DNA of 64,000 nt from the NCBI GenBank assembly GCA_963781595.1, contig CAWAGG010000006.1, positions 387,226 through 451,225 on the forward strand, given 5' to 3'. Numbering within the stretch: the first letter of the stretch is position 1; the number at the start of each line of letters is the position of its first letter. The notes under the pieces are model-generated. The model worked only from the letters and a program-made list of their open reading frames with translations. It was not told the origin of the DNA and searched no databases. This document shows, in pieces, positions 8,943 through 16,941 of the stretch. The position numbers and the translations under genes are program-made. This DNA is from an uncultured Actinomycetota bacterium. Lineage in GTDB: Bacteria > Actinomycetota > UBA4738.

Positions 8943-11246
8943 TCACGATATCCGCCTCGGCGGCGAGTGGTCACCGCCGAGCATCGCCGCGAGCAGCGCG
9001 ATCGCGCCTCGCTTGTCGAGGGGTTCGTTGCCGTTCCCGCACTTCGGGCTCTGGATGCACGACGGGCAGCCGTGGGAGCACGGGCACTCCCGGACCGTCT
9101 CGAGCGTCGCCGTGATCAGACGCTCGCCGTCGGCGAACCCGCGCTCGGCGATCCCGGCGCCCCCCGGGTAGCCGTCGTAGATGAAGATCGTCGCCGAGCC
9201 GGTGTCCTGGTGCATCGGCGTCGAAAGCCCGCCCACGTCCCAACGGTCGCAGGTCGCGATCAGCGGCAGGAGCCCGATCGCCGCGTGCTCCGCCGCGTGC
9301 AGCGAACCGGGGACCGCTGCCGTCGCGATTCCGGCCCGAGCGAGCAGCGTCGGCGAGACCAGCCACCACAGGGCCTTCGTCTCGAGGGTCTGCGGCGGCA
9401 GCGTCAGTTCGACCTCGTCGATCACCTCCTGGGTCGAGGCGAGCTTCCGCTGGAACCCGATCACCTGCCGGGTGACGTGGACGGCGCCGAACGAGGCCGG
9501 GGTTCCGCCGACGACGCCCTCTCGGAGCGCCTCGACGATCTCGACGTCCGTGTCGTCGCGGACCTGCGTGTAGAAGTCCGCGTCGCTCCGGGTCACGAGC
9601 GCCACGCGTTGTACGAGGTCCAGTTCCCTGACCTCGAACTGCTCGCCCTGATGCAGGTAGATCGCGCCGGGGTGCACGGTCCAGAAGGCTCGGGACCCGT
9701 CCGAGGTTCCGAGCAGGGCGCCGGTGTCCTCCTCGACGATGCCGAACGTCTCGCCCGACGCCGAACGGATGTCGACGCGGGCGTGCGGGTCCTCCCGCAC
9801 CCCCGCGTGGAGGAGCCCGCGGCGGCGGACGAGGACGCCATCGGACTCGAGCCGGGCGACGGCCGCCGCCGCGGGCTCCCCGAAGAAGGCCTCGACCTCC
9901 TCGTCGCGCATCGGCTGTTCGCGCGCGGCGCACGCGAGGTGGGGGCCGAGCACGTACGGGTTCGTCGGATCGATGACCGCCGCCTCGGGCGGCTTCGAGA
10001 ACAGATCGTCCGGGTGGTTCACCAGGTACTGGTCGAGCGGGTCGTCCTGCGCCACGAGCACGGCGACCGAGGGTTCGCCCCGGCGGCCCGCCCGCCCGGC
10101 CTGCTGCCACATCGAGGCCCGCGTCCCCGGATAGCCCGCGAGCAGCGCCGCGTCCAGCGAACCGACGTCGATCCCCAGCTCGAGGGCGTTCGTCGCAGCG
10201 ACGCCCAGCAGCGCGCCGCTCGCGAGCGCCCGCTCGAGGTCGCGGCGTTCCTCGGGCAGGTAGCCCGCCCGGTACGTCTTCACGCGGGGCTTCAGCGGGG
10301 GGTCCAGCTCCCGGCGCGCGAACTCCGCGACCAGCTCGGCCGAACGGCGCGTCCGGCAGAACGCGATCGTACGCGTCCCGCTTTCGACCAGCTCGCGCAG
10401 GAGCCACGACGTCTCCGACACCGCGCTCCGTCGCAGGCCCAGTTCGCGATCGACCAGGGGTGGGTTCCACAGGACGAACCGCTTCTCCCCGCGCGGCGAG
10501 GCGTCGACGGTCACCTCGGCGAACGGCAGCCCGGTCAGTCGGTTGGCCAGCTCGGCCGGGTTCCCGATCGTCGCGGACGCGAGCACGAACGTCGGCGAGC
10601 CACCGTAGTGCGCGACGATGCGGCGGAGGCGCCGCAGGACCATCGCCACGTGCGAGCCGAACACCCCACGGGCCGTGTGCGCCTCATCGACGACGACGTA
10701 GGCCAGGCGGAGGAAGACATCGGCCCACCGCGCGTGGCCGGACAGGATCGACGCATGGAGCATGTCGGGGTTCGTCATCACCAGGTTCGCGTTGCGGCGG
10801 ATCAACGGCCGCTCTGCGCGCGGCGTGTCGCCGTCGTAGACAGCCGCGCGGATCTGCGGCAGCTTCAGGTCACGGACCTGGCGGAGCTGATCGCGAGCGA
10901 GGGCCTTCGTGGGGAAGATGTAGAGCGCCGTCGTCTTCGGCTCCGCCAGCGCCGCGCGGGCGAACGCCAGGTTGTACACGAGCGTCTTCCCCGACGCGGT
11001 GCCGGTCGCGACGATCACGTTGTCACCCGCGTCCAGCAGCTCGATCGCGCGGCGTTGATGCGCGTGCAGGCCCGTGACCCCGAGCAGCTCGAGCCGCGCC
11101 CTCAGCACGTCGGGCAGGTCGTCGGGCAGCGGCAGCGGTTCCGGGTCCCTGCCCGGAAGCACCTCGACGTGGACCAGCGAACGCTCGTCCGGATGCTCGC
11201 CCCCGCCGAGCCGGCCGAGCTCCGTGACGAACCCCTCCGCGTCCAT
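8943..11246 (-). CDS. DEAD/DEAH-box helicase with C-terminal MrfA-type zinc-ribbon domain (DUF1998)
   Basis: ORF 8943..11459 was trimmed to ATG 11246 (MDAEGFVTELG...). Motifs present are 'ATGTASGKT' (motif I), 'VVDEAH' (motif II), 'LASATIGNP', and the C-terminal 'CPCSHGCPSCIQSPKCGNGNEPLDK'. From memory, it is comparable to M. tuberculosis Rv3649 and B. subtilis MrfA. Confidence 0.9.
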   Translation of the reverse strand: MDAEGFVTELGRLGGGEHPDERSLVHVEVLPGRDPEPLPLPDDLPDVLRARLELLGVTGLHAHQRRAIELLDAGDNVIVATGTASGKTLVYNLAFARAALAEPKTTALYIFPTKALARDQLRQVRDLKLPQIRAAVYDGDTPRAERPLIRRNANLVMTNPDMLHASILSGHARWADVFLRLAYVVVDEAHTARGVFGSHVAMVLRRLRRIVAHYGGSPTFVLASATIGNPAELANRLTGLPFAEVTVDASPRGEKRFVLWNPPLVDRELGLRRSAVSETSWLLRELVESGTRTIAFCRTRRSAELVAEFARRELDPPLKPRVKTYRAGYLPEERRDLERALASGALLGVAATNALELGIDVGSLDAALLAGYPGTRASMWQQAGRAGRRGEPSVAVLVAQDDPLDQYLVNHPDDLFSKPPEAAVIDPTNPYVLGPHLACAAREQPMRDEEVEAFFGEPAAAAVARLESDGVLVRRRGLLHAGVREDPHARVDIRSASGETFGIVEEDTGALLGTSDGSRAFWTVHPGAIYLHQGEQFEVRELDLVQRVALVTRSDADFYTQVRDDTDVEIVEALREGVVGGTPASFGAVHVTRQVIGFQRKLASTQEVIDEVELTLPPQTLETKALWWLVSPTLLARAGIATAAVPGSLHAAEHAAIGLLPLIATCDRWDVGGLSTPMHQDTGSATIFIYDGYPGGAGIAERGFADGERLITATLETVRECPCSHGCPSCIQSPKCGNGNEPLDKRGAIALLAAMLGGDHSPPRRIS

Positions 11247-11274
11247 GCGGAGGCGATGGTAGGCGCCGCGTACG

Positions 11275-12369
11275 ATGGGCCGACGTCGCCGCACCGGCGG
11301 CCGGCGGATCGGAGGTCCCGTGGAATGGTTCGACCTCGTCGTCGCTCTGCTCGTGATCCTGCTCGGCGCCCAGCTGTTCACGAACGGCGTCGAGTGGGTC
11401 GGCGAGGGGTTCGGGCTCTCCGAGGGGATGGTCGGGAGCGTCCTGGCAGCGATCGGCACGGCGCTACCGGAGACGACGATCCCGATCGTCGCGATCCTCG
11501 CGCACGGTCACGCGAACGCCGAGGAGATCGGGATCGGCGCGATCCTCGGCGCACCGTTCATGCTCGCCACGCTCGCGATGGCGGTGCTCGGTGGTTCCGT
11601 GCTGCTGTACGGGCGGGGCCGGGCGGGGCGGCGTTCGGGGCCCGCGGTGCGGCCCCAGCCCGCGGTGATCCGGCAGGACCTCGCGTTCTTCCTGGTGGCG
11701 TACCCGGCCGCGCTCGTCGCCGGCATCTGGCATCCACGGCCGTTCCGGTTCGTCCTCGCCGGTGCGCTGATCGTGCTCTACGTCGTCTACGTCAGGCGCC
11801 ACCTCGCCGCGCCCGCCGAACGCGAGGTCGAGGCCGAGGCGGTCGGCGAGGTGCAGCCGCTCCTTCTGCTCGCCTGGTTCCGTCGCGTGAACGACTCAGG
11901 CGCGCAGGCGCACACGAGGCCGCCGACCTGGGCGAGCATCGGCCAGACCGTGCTCGCGCTGGTCCTCATCGTCGGGGCCGCGAGGATCTTCGTCGACGCG
12001 ATGGCGCACGTCTCGACCCAGCTCGGCGTCTCCAGCCTCGTGTTCGCGCTGCTCGCGGCCCCCGTCGCGACCGAGCTCCCGGAACAGTTCAACGGCGTGC
12101 TGTGGCTGCGCCGGAGCAAGGACACGCTCGCGATCGGCAACGTGACGGGCGCGATGGTGTTCCAGTCGACGTTCCCCGTGACGATCGGGCTGGTCTTCAC
12201 GCCGTGGCACCTGTCGCAGGAGGGCATGGTCTCCGGCCTGATCGCGATCGTCGCGGGCCTGGCGACCTACATCAGCATCCGCGTGCGCGGGGCGCTCGAC
12301 GCGCGGCTGATGGTCACGCAGTGCGTCCTCTACGCAGGGTACGTCGGCTACGTCATGGCGAAGAGCTGA
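11275..12369 (+). CDS. CaCA-family sodium/calcium exchanger membrane protein (YrbG-like)
   Basis: Two alpha-repeat motifs are present: 'AAIGTALPETTIPIVAI' and 'AAPVATELPEQFNGVLW'. The protein is polytopic. The start is uncertain: ATG 11275 is only 28 nt from the divergent helicase start, and GTG 11320 is an alternative. Confidence 0.78.
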   Translation: MGRRRRTGGRRIGGPVEWFDLVVALLVILLGAQLFTNGVEWVGEGFGLSEGMVGSVLAAIGTALPETTIPIVAILAHGHANAEEIGIGAILGAPFMLATLAMAVLGGSVLLYGRGRAGRRSGPAVRPQPAVIRQDLAFFLVAYPAALVAGIWHPRPFRFVLAGALIVLYVVYVRRHLAAPAEREVEAEAVGEVQPLLLLAWFRRVNDSGAQAHTRPPTWASIGQTVLALVLIVGAARIFVDAMAHVSTQLGVSSLVFALLAAPVATELPEQFNGVLWLRRSKDTLAIGNVTGAMVFQSTFPVTIGLVFTPWHLSQEGMVSGLIAIVAGLATYISIRVRGALDARLMVTQCVLYAGYVGYVMAKS

Positions 12370-12392
12370 TCGCCTTCGGTCAGCCCGTGCGG

Positions 12393-13373
12393 CTAGCCCG
12401 GAACGTGGTCGATCACGCCGTCGGCCCGCATGTCCGCGAACACCGCGCCCGCCGCGGGTGACAGGAACACGACCGACAGGCCGCCCACCGAGCCGCCGGT
12501 CGCGGGCACGACGACGTTGTTCACCTTCGCCGGCGGGATCTGGCTCGCCGTGAGCGCCAGCTCGAGGAGCGTCGCGACCGATAGGTCGGTCTTCACCTCG
12601 CTCCATCCCGCCTGGATCCACGTGAACGCGCTCGTCGGATCCGCCGTGAACGCCTTCCGGAACTTCGTCAGCGCGGCCATCAGCAGGATCCCCTGGTCTT
12701 TCGAGCGGCCCAGGTCCCCGCCGGGAACGTCGTGCCGATCCCGCGCGAACGCCAGCGCGCGCTTTCCGTTCAGATGGGTAGGCCCGGGGTCGAAGTTCGC
12801 GTGCGAGTACGAGTCGTGCATCGGGTACGGGACGTTCACGTCGAGCCCACCGATCCGGTTCACCATGCGTGTGATCCCCGGGAACGACGTGAGCATCCAG
12901 AAGTCAACCTTGATCCCCGTGAGCTGCTCGACGGTCTGTATCAACAGTTGCGGCCCGCCGGCCGACATCGCGGAGTTGATCTTGTTCGTCCCGTGCCCCG
13001 GGATCGAGACGTAGGAGTCACGCGGGAAGCCGAGGATCGACGCGCGATGCGTGGCCAGGTCGATCCCGATCAGGTGGATCGAATCGCATCGTTGGCGGGT
13101 GATGTCCTGGCCGGGCCGCGCGTCGCTGCCGAGCGAAAGGATGAACAGCGGCCGGTCGCCGCGCAGCGCCGGGACCAGCGACGCGGCGCCATGCGCGGCG
13201 TAGAGGCGGACGGCCGGTGAGGCCGACACCGATCCGGAGGGTGCCGGCGAGCCCGCCGCGGACGCCGGCGTCTCGCCCTGTGCTCGGATCACCACGGTCG
13301 CGAGGAGGGCGGCCATGGTCAGGCCGACCCACACGGCCCACGATCGGCCTGAACCGCGCCCCTCGAACCTCAC
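12393..13373 (-). CDS. LytR-CpsA-Psr (LCP) family cell-envelope phosphotransferase
   Basis: The LCP core is present: 'LGSDARPGQDITRQRCDSIHLIGIDLATHRASILGFPRDSYVSIPGHGTNKINSA...LNGKRALAFARDRH'. GTG 13373 overlaps the upstream stop in a GTGA arrangement. ATG 13316 is an alternative start. Confidence 0.85.
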   Translation of the reverse strand: MRFEGRGSGRSWAVWVGLTMAALLATVVIRAQGETPASAAGSPAPSGSVSASPAVRLYAAHGAASLVPALRGDRPLFILSLGSDARPGQDITRQRCDSIHLIGIDLATHRASILGFPRDSYVSIPGHGTNKINSAMSAGGPQLLIQTVEQLTGIKVDFWMLTSFPGITRMVNRIGGLDVNVPYPMHDSYSHANFDPGPTHLNGKRALAFARDRHDVPGGDLGRSKDQGILLMAALTKFRKAFTADPTSAFTWIQAGWSEVKTDLSVATLLELALTASQIPPAKVNNVVVPATGGSVGGLSVVFLSPAAGAVFADMRADGVIDHVPG

Positions 13374-14167
13374 GGGCTCGCCGTCCCAGTGCCGACGGTC
13401 GGGGCCGTGGTCGGCGTGGCGGGAGCCCCGCTGGCGTCCGGCGACGTCACGACGACGGCCGCATGCGGATAGCCCGTGATGAGCCAAGCGCCGTCGACCG
13501 GCTCGAACAGGAACCGTGCGTCGGCCCGGAGGATGACCGGTCCCGAGCCCTTCACCGTGCCCTCGCCCGTGATGACGGAGGTGACGACGGCGGACGTCGC
13601 GTGGCCCTTCTCGTCCATGAGGAACCTGATGGTAAGGCGACTTGACGAGATGTCCAGGCTCTGGAGCGAAACGCCGGTGTCACCGAGCGTGAAGGCGGTC
13701 CGGTCCGCTCGGGCCTGGTCACGGATGTCCGGCGCGAAGGCGTTCCACACGCTGGCCGGTGGCCCGGACCTCCAACGCGCCCGGTCAACGATCCCGCCTC
13801 CGTACAGCGCGTCGAGGGTGGCTCGCACCTGCGCGACGGGGCCGCTGACGTCGTCGGCCGGAGCCGTCTTCGTGACCCGGACGACGACGACCTGCGGGTC
13901 GGGGAACGCGAAGCGCGCCTCGCCGGTCTGGGTGGCGCTGCCGCTCGCTGCGGGTGCGCCCGCGTCCTTCCCACTGCCTCCGAGCAGCACGAACGCGAGC
14001 ACGACGACCAGGACGACCGCGACCCCGGCGACCGACCACCACAGCAGCCGTCGCGGCGCCGGCGCGCCGCCGGGTGAGGGTGTTCGCTCGGGGGATCCAG
14101 GCTGACGCTCGGGGGAAGGCCTCGGCTGGATCGTCGCCTCACGTTCGGGCGGGGTGAACTGGGGCAT
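13370..14167 (-). CDS. membrane-anchored protein of unknown function (Pro-rich N-terminus, one TM, about 190-aa external domain)
   Basis: ATG 14167. There is a TM segment 'LLWWSVAGVAVVLVVVLAFVLLGG'. The gene is translationally coupled to the LCP gene. I recognise no family. Confidence 0.6.
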   Translation of the reverse strand: MPQFTPPEREATIQPRPSPERQPGSPERTPSPGGAPAPRRLLWWSVAGVAVVLVVVLAFVLLGGSGKDAGAPAASGSATQTGEARFAFPDPQVVVVRVTKTAPADDVSGPVAQVRATLDALYGGGIVDRARWRSGPPASVWNAFAPDIRDQARADRTAFTLGDTGVSLQSLDISSSRLTIRFLMDEKGHATSAVVTSVITGEGTVKGSGPVILRADARFLFEPVDGAWLITGYPHAAVVVTSPDASGAPATPTTAPTVGTGTASP

Positions 14168-14247
14168 CGAGCGACAGAGGCTACGGCCGGTTGGTCAGAA
14201 CCGCAACGGCCCCGCTCAGGGGCACCGAAGGGCGGGCGTCTGATGGG

Positions 14248-15240
14248 TTACGGGCAGCTGGCCTCGGCGGAATCCGGGTCCACCATGCAGGCGGATTCGT
14301 CGACCGCCTCGAACGCCGAGGCCGGGATCGACTTGAGTTCGTCCAGGAGGGAGTTCTTCCATCGCTTGTCCATCGTCCCCTGGAAGTACCAGTTCGAGCC
14401 GTTGTCGGTGAGGAAGAGCCCGTACGTCTTCATCGCCTGGAGGGTCACCTTGGCGTCCGCGCTGAACCCGCTCACATCGAAGCTCGCCTTCATCCGGAAC
14501 CGGGCTCCCATCGGCGGGTACTTCGCGTTGCACGTGCCCGCGTCGTGGCGGGCCGGCCAGAGGTGGTGGCAGTCCGTCAGGTCTGCCGTCATACGGATCG
14601 CGTGCCCGATGAACCCGGCCTTCACCTCGTCGTAGCGGACGAGTCCGGGGAAGATCGGCAGTCCGGCGGCGTCGGCGGACGTCCATCGGTCGGGCCGCAG
14701 CGCGTTCGAGCCGAGGTGGAAGATCGCGCCGCTCCCGGCCTTCGGCTTCCCGCCGTTCCAGTCGGCGGCGAACAGCTCGTAGAGGACGCAGGTGTCGGAA
14801 TCGATGACGAGCGCGTGGCGGTCCGAACCCTTCTCGATCGGGATGTCGGGGCCGAACGGATACCGCTTGCGGTCGCTCTCGCTCTTGTAGTGGAACTTGA
14901 TCTTGACCTTCGGATACGTGTCGTCGACGACGGCGAACGGCATGCCGTAGGGCGGCCCGCCGAAGTCCGGATGCAGCTTGGTGCTGCCGGAGTGCATCGT
15001 CGCCAGCCAGGCGGCGCTGTGGCCGTTGACCGGGAGCCTGGAGATGTCGGTGTTCCAGATGTTGTCCGCGGGGAAAACGTCGCACGCCGTGCCCGGCGGC
15101 GGAACGGTCGAGCGGCCGGGCATCGCGGTCGCCGACGCGCCGGCTCCGAGGAACGACGGGACGCCGATCGAGAGCGCGGCCGCCACCGCGAGGATCGTCC
15201 TCGTCCCACCTCCGACCCGGCCGTGGGCCCGATCCGACAT
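14248..15240 (-). CDS. secreted protein of unknown function
   Basis: This is the last 330 codons of the 900-aa ORF 14248..16950. ATG 15240 is preceded by GGAGGGA. The N-terminus is signal-like ('RTILAVAAALSIGVPSFLGAGASATA'). Coding-like, conserved-looking segments include 'FPADNIWNTDISRLP' and 'LFLTDNGSNWYFQGT'. The upstream 570 codons are antisense to the permease gene. Confidence 0.7.
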   Translation of the reverse strand: MSDRAHGRVGGGTRTILAVAAALSIGVPSFLGAGASATAMPGRSTVPPPGTACDVFPADNIWNTDISRLPVNGHSAAWLATMHSGSTKLHPDFGGPPYGMPFAVVDDTYPKVKIKFHYKSESDRKRYPFGPDIPIEKGSDRHALVIDSDTCVLYELFAADWNGGKPKAGSGAIFHLGSNALRPDRWTSADAAGLPIFPGLVRYDEVKAGFIGHAIRMTADLTDCHHLWPARHDAGTCNAKYPPMGARFRMKASFDVSGFSADAKVTLQAMKTYGLFLTDNGSNWYFQGTMDKRWKNSLLDELKSIPASAFEAVDESACMVDPDSAEASCP

Positions 15241-15450
15241 CGTCGTCCGTCCCTCCCTCATCGCGTACCGCCTTCCATGTCGGCGGCGCGGGCTGCGTTC
15301 CTTGAGCCAGCACGGTGGCACCGGGGGAGCGATGACCTCCGCTGCGCGGAGGGGTAGCATCTGCGGGGAACGCGTTCGCACGCGTGGAGCGCCGGGAAGC
15401 CTGGTCGGCACCCGGCGCTCGTCTGTGTACGGGAGCGTGGAGGGGCAGGG

Positions 15451-16941
15451 ATGGCGGGAACGGGGCCGCAGGAGCGGTCGACGAGCAGCAGGACGCGCGC
15501 CGGACGGGCGCTCAACTCGCCGTTCGTGCTCCTGGTCGCGTTCGCGTTCGCGGTGATGGGCGACCCGGTGTCGTCCGTCGCCTATGCGATCGAGGCGCCG
15601 CTTCGAGCGCTCCACGGAGATCTGTCGCTCCTGCTCCCGACCATGGCCGTCGTGATCGCCGTCGTGACGCTGGTGATCCTGAACTACCACCAGCTCGTCG
15701 GCCGGTTCCCGAAGGGCGGTGGCGCGGCGGCCGCGGCGGGTTCGGCGTTCGGCGAGGGGTGGGCGTTCCTGCCGCTGGGCTCCCTCGTCGTCGACTTCGT
15801 CCTGACGATCGCCATCAGCGTGGCTGCCGGCGCCTCGGCGATCATCGCCTACGTGCCGAGGCTGGCGCCCGCCCGGCTCCCGCTGGGGCTCGCACTCCTG
15901 CTCGTCGTGGCCGGTCTCACGTGGTTCGGGCACGGAGGACGAACGGTCTTCGCCGCGATGACGATCGCGTTCGTGGCGGTCGCCAGCGTGATCCTGGTGG
16001 TGGGGTTCGTCGCGCCGCACGGATCCGCGCCGCCGACGGTCGTGACCGACGTGAGCCCGCACGGGCCGCCCCTCTCTATCCTCCTCGCGTTCCCGGTCGC
16101 GATGGCGCTCTCGACGGGCATCGAGGCGCCGTCGTCGGCGATCGCGCAGCTCGGGCAGCTCGACGACGCGGGGCGCCGCCGGTTCGGGCGCATCACCCTG
16201 TGGTTGACCCTCGCGATCGTCGGGTGGCTCACGCTGGGCCTGACGGCGCTCGCGGTGAGGCTGCACGTGGGGATCCCGGCGCCGCACTCGACGCAGGTCG
16301 CGGACATCGCGCAGGCGGCGGTCGGTCGCCGCGGGCTCTACGCGGTGTTCCAGCTCTCGAGCGCGCTCCTCCTCCTGGCGGCGGCGTCGTCCTCGTTCCA
16401 GGCCGGACCGGGGCTCCTGAAGGCGCTCGCGCAGGAGACGGCCGAGCCTGGCGACGGCACGGGCTCGCAGCGTTCGATCGGCCTGCTCCCTGCCTGGCTC
16501 GGTGTGACGAATCGTCATCACACGCCCTACCTCGGCGTGGTCGTGTTCCTCGCGATCTCCGCGGTCGTCGTCATCTCCGCCGGCGGCCAGGATCAGGAGC
16601 TGGTGCTCTTCTACGCGGTGGCGGTGTTCATCTCCTTCCTGGCCGGCCTTCTGGCCATGGGGAGGTTCTCGCGCCGCGACCGGCGCTTCGGGTTCCTGGT
16701 GGTGAACCTGGTCGCGGCCCTCCTGGTCGGACTGACGCTCGTGCTGAACCTCGCCCGCGTGTACCCGATCGCGTCGCTGGCCGCGGCCTCGGCGATCGCC
16801 GGCTGGCTCTACTGGCTGTGGGTCCGTGCCGGCCGACCGACCGGCGTCTCCCAGATCGACCGGATCTCGGAGGAGGAGCTGGGCGAAGAGGAGGAGCTCC
16901 CCGCCGCCGTCGGTCCGGTCGCGGGGATCGGCGATGGCTGA
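15451..16941 (+). CDS. APC-superfamily permease, membrane domain related to the KimA-like proteins at 24856/27290 but lacking their C-terminal domain
   Basis: ATG 15451 follows GGAGGGGCAGGG. 'GDPVSSVAYAIEAPL', 'FPKGGGAAAAAG' and 'LVVDFVLTIAISVAAG' parallel 'SADCLSSVAYTVEATL', 'YRTSGGAYVVAKENLG' and 'LMVGYVLTVAVSIVAG' of the larger paralogs. The stop overlaps the nhaA start by 8 nt. Confidence 0.78.
   Translation: MAGTGPQERSTSSRTRAGRALNSPFVLLVAFAFAVMGDPVSSVAYAIEAPLRALHGDLSLLLPTMAVVIAVVTLVILNYHQLVGRFPKGGGAAAAAGSAFGEGWAFLPLGSLVVDFVLTIAISVAAGASAIIAYVPRLAPARLPLGLALLLVVAGLTWFGHGGRTVFAAMTIAFVAVASVILVVGFVAPHGSAPPTVVTDVSPHGPPLSILLAFPVAMALSTGIEAPSSAIAQLGQLDDAGRRRFGRITLWLTLAIVGWLTLGLTALAVRLHVGIPAPHSTQVADIAQAAVGRRGLYAVFQLSSALLLLAAASSSFQAGPGLLKALAQETAEPGDGTGSQRSIGLLPAWLGVTNRHHTPYLGVVVFLAISAVVVISAGGQDQELVLFYAVAVFISFLAGLLAMGRFSRRDRRFGFLVVNLVAALLVGLTLVLNLARVYPIASLAAASAIAGWLYWLWVRAGRPTGVSQIDRISEEELGEEEELPAAVGPVAGIGDG

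Noticed and set aside
8943-11246. The DUF1998-containing helicase as part of a DISARM- or Druantia-like defence system.
   Set aside because: Its size and fused architecture match the housekeeping MrfA/Rv3649-type helicase. No methyltransferase, PLD nuclease or other defence partners are adjacent.
8763-12461. Very long ORFs in alternative frames or on the opposite strand of recognised genes. Examples are 8763..12461(+) at 1232 aa, 305..1591(+), 5231..7210(-), 26951..29560(-), 36192..38936(-), 37676..40306(-), 61715..63901(-), 18712..20430(-) and 42726..44990(+).
   Set aside because: Their translations are Arg/Pro/Gly/Asp-rich low-complexity strings with no motifs. They overlap genes with clear family signatures. 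Stop-poor shadow frames are expected at this GC content.
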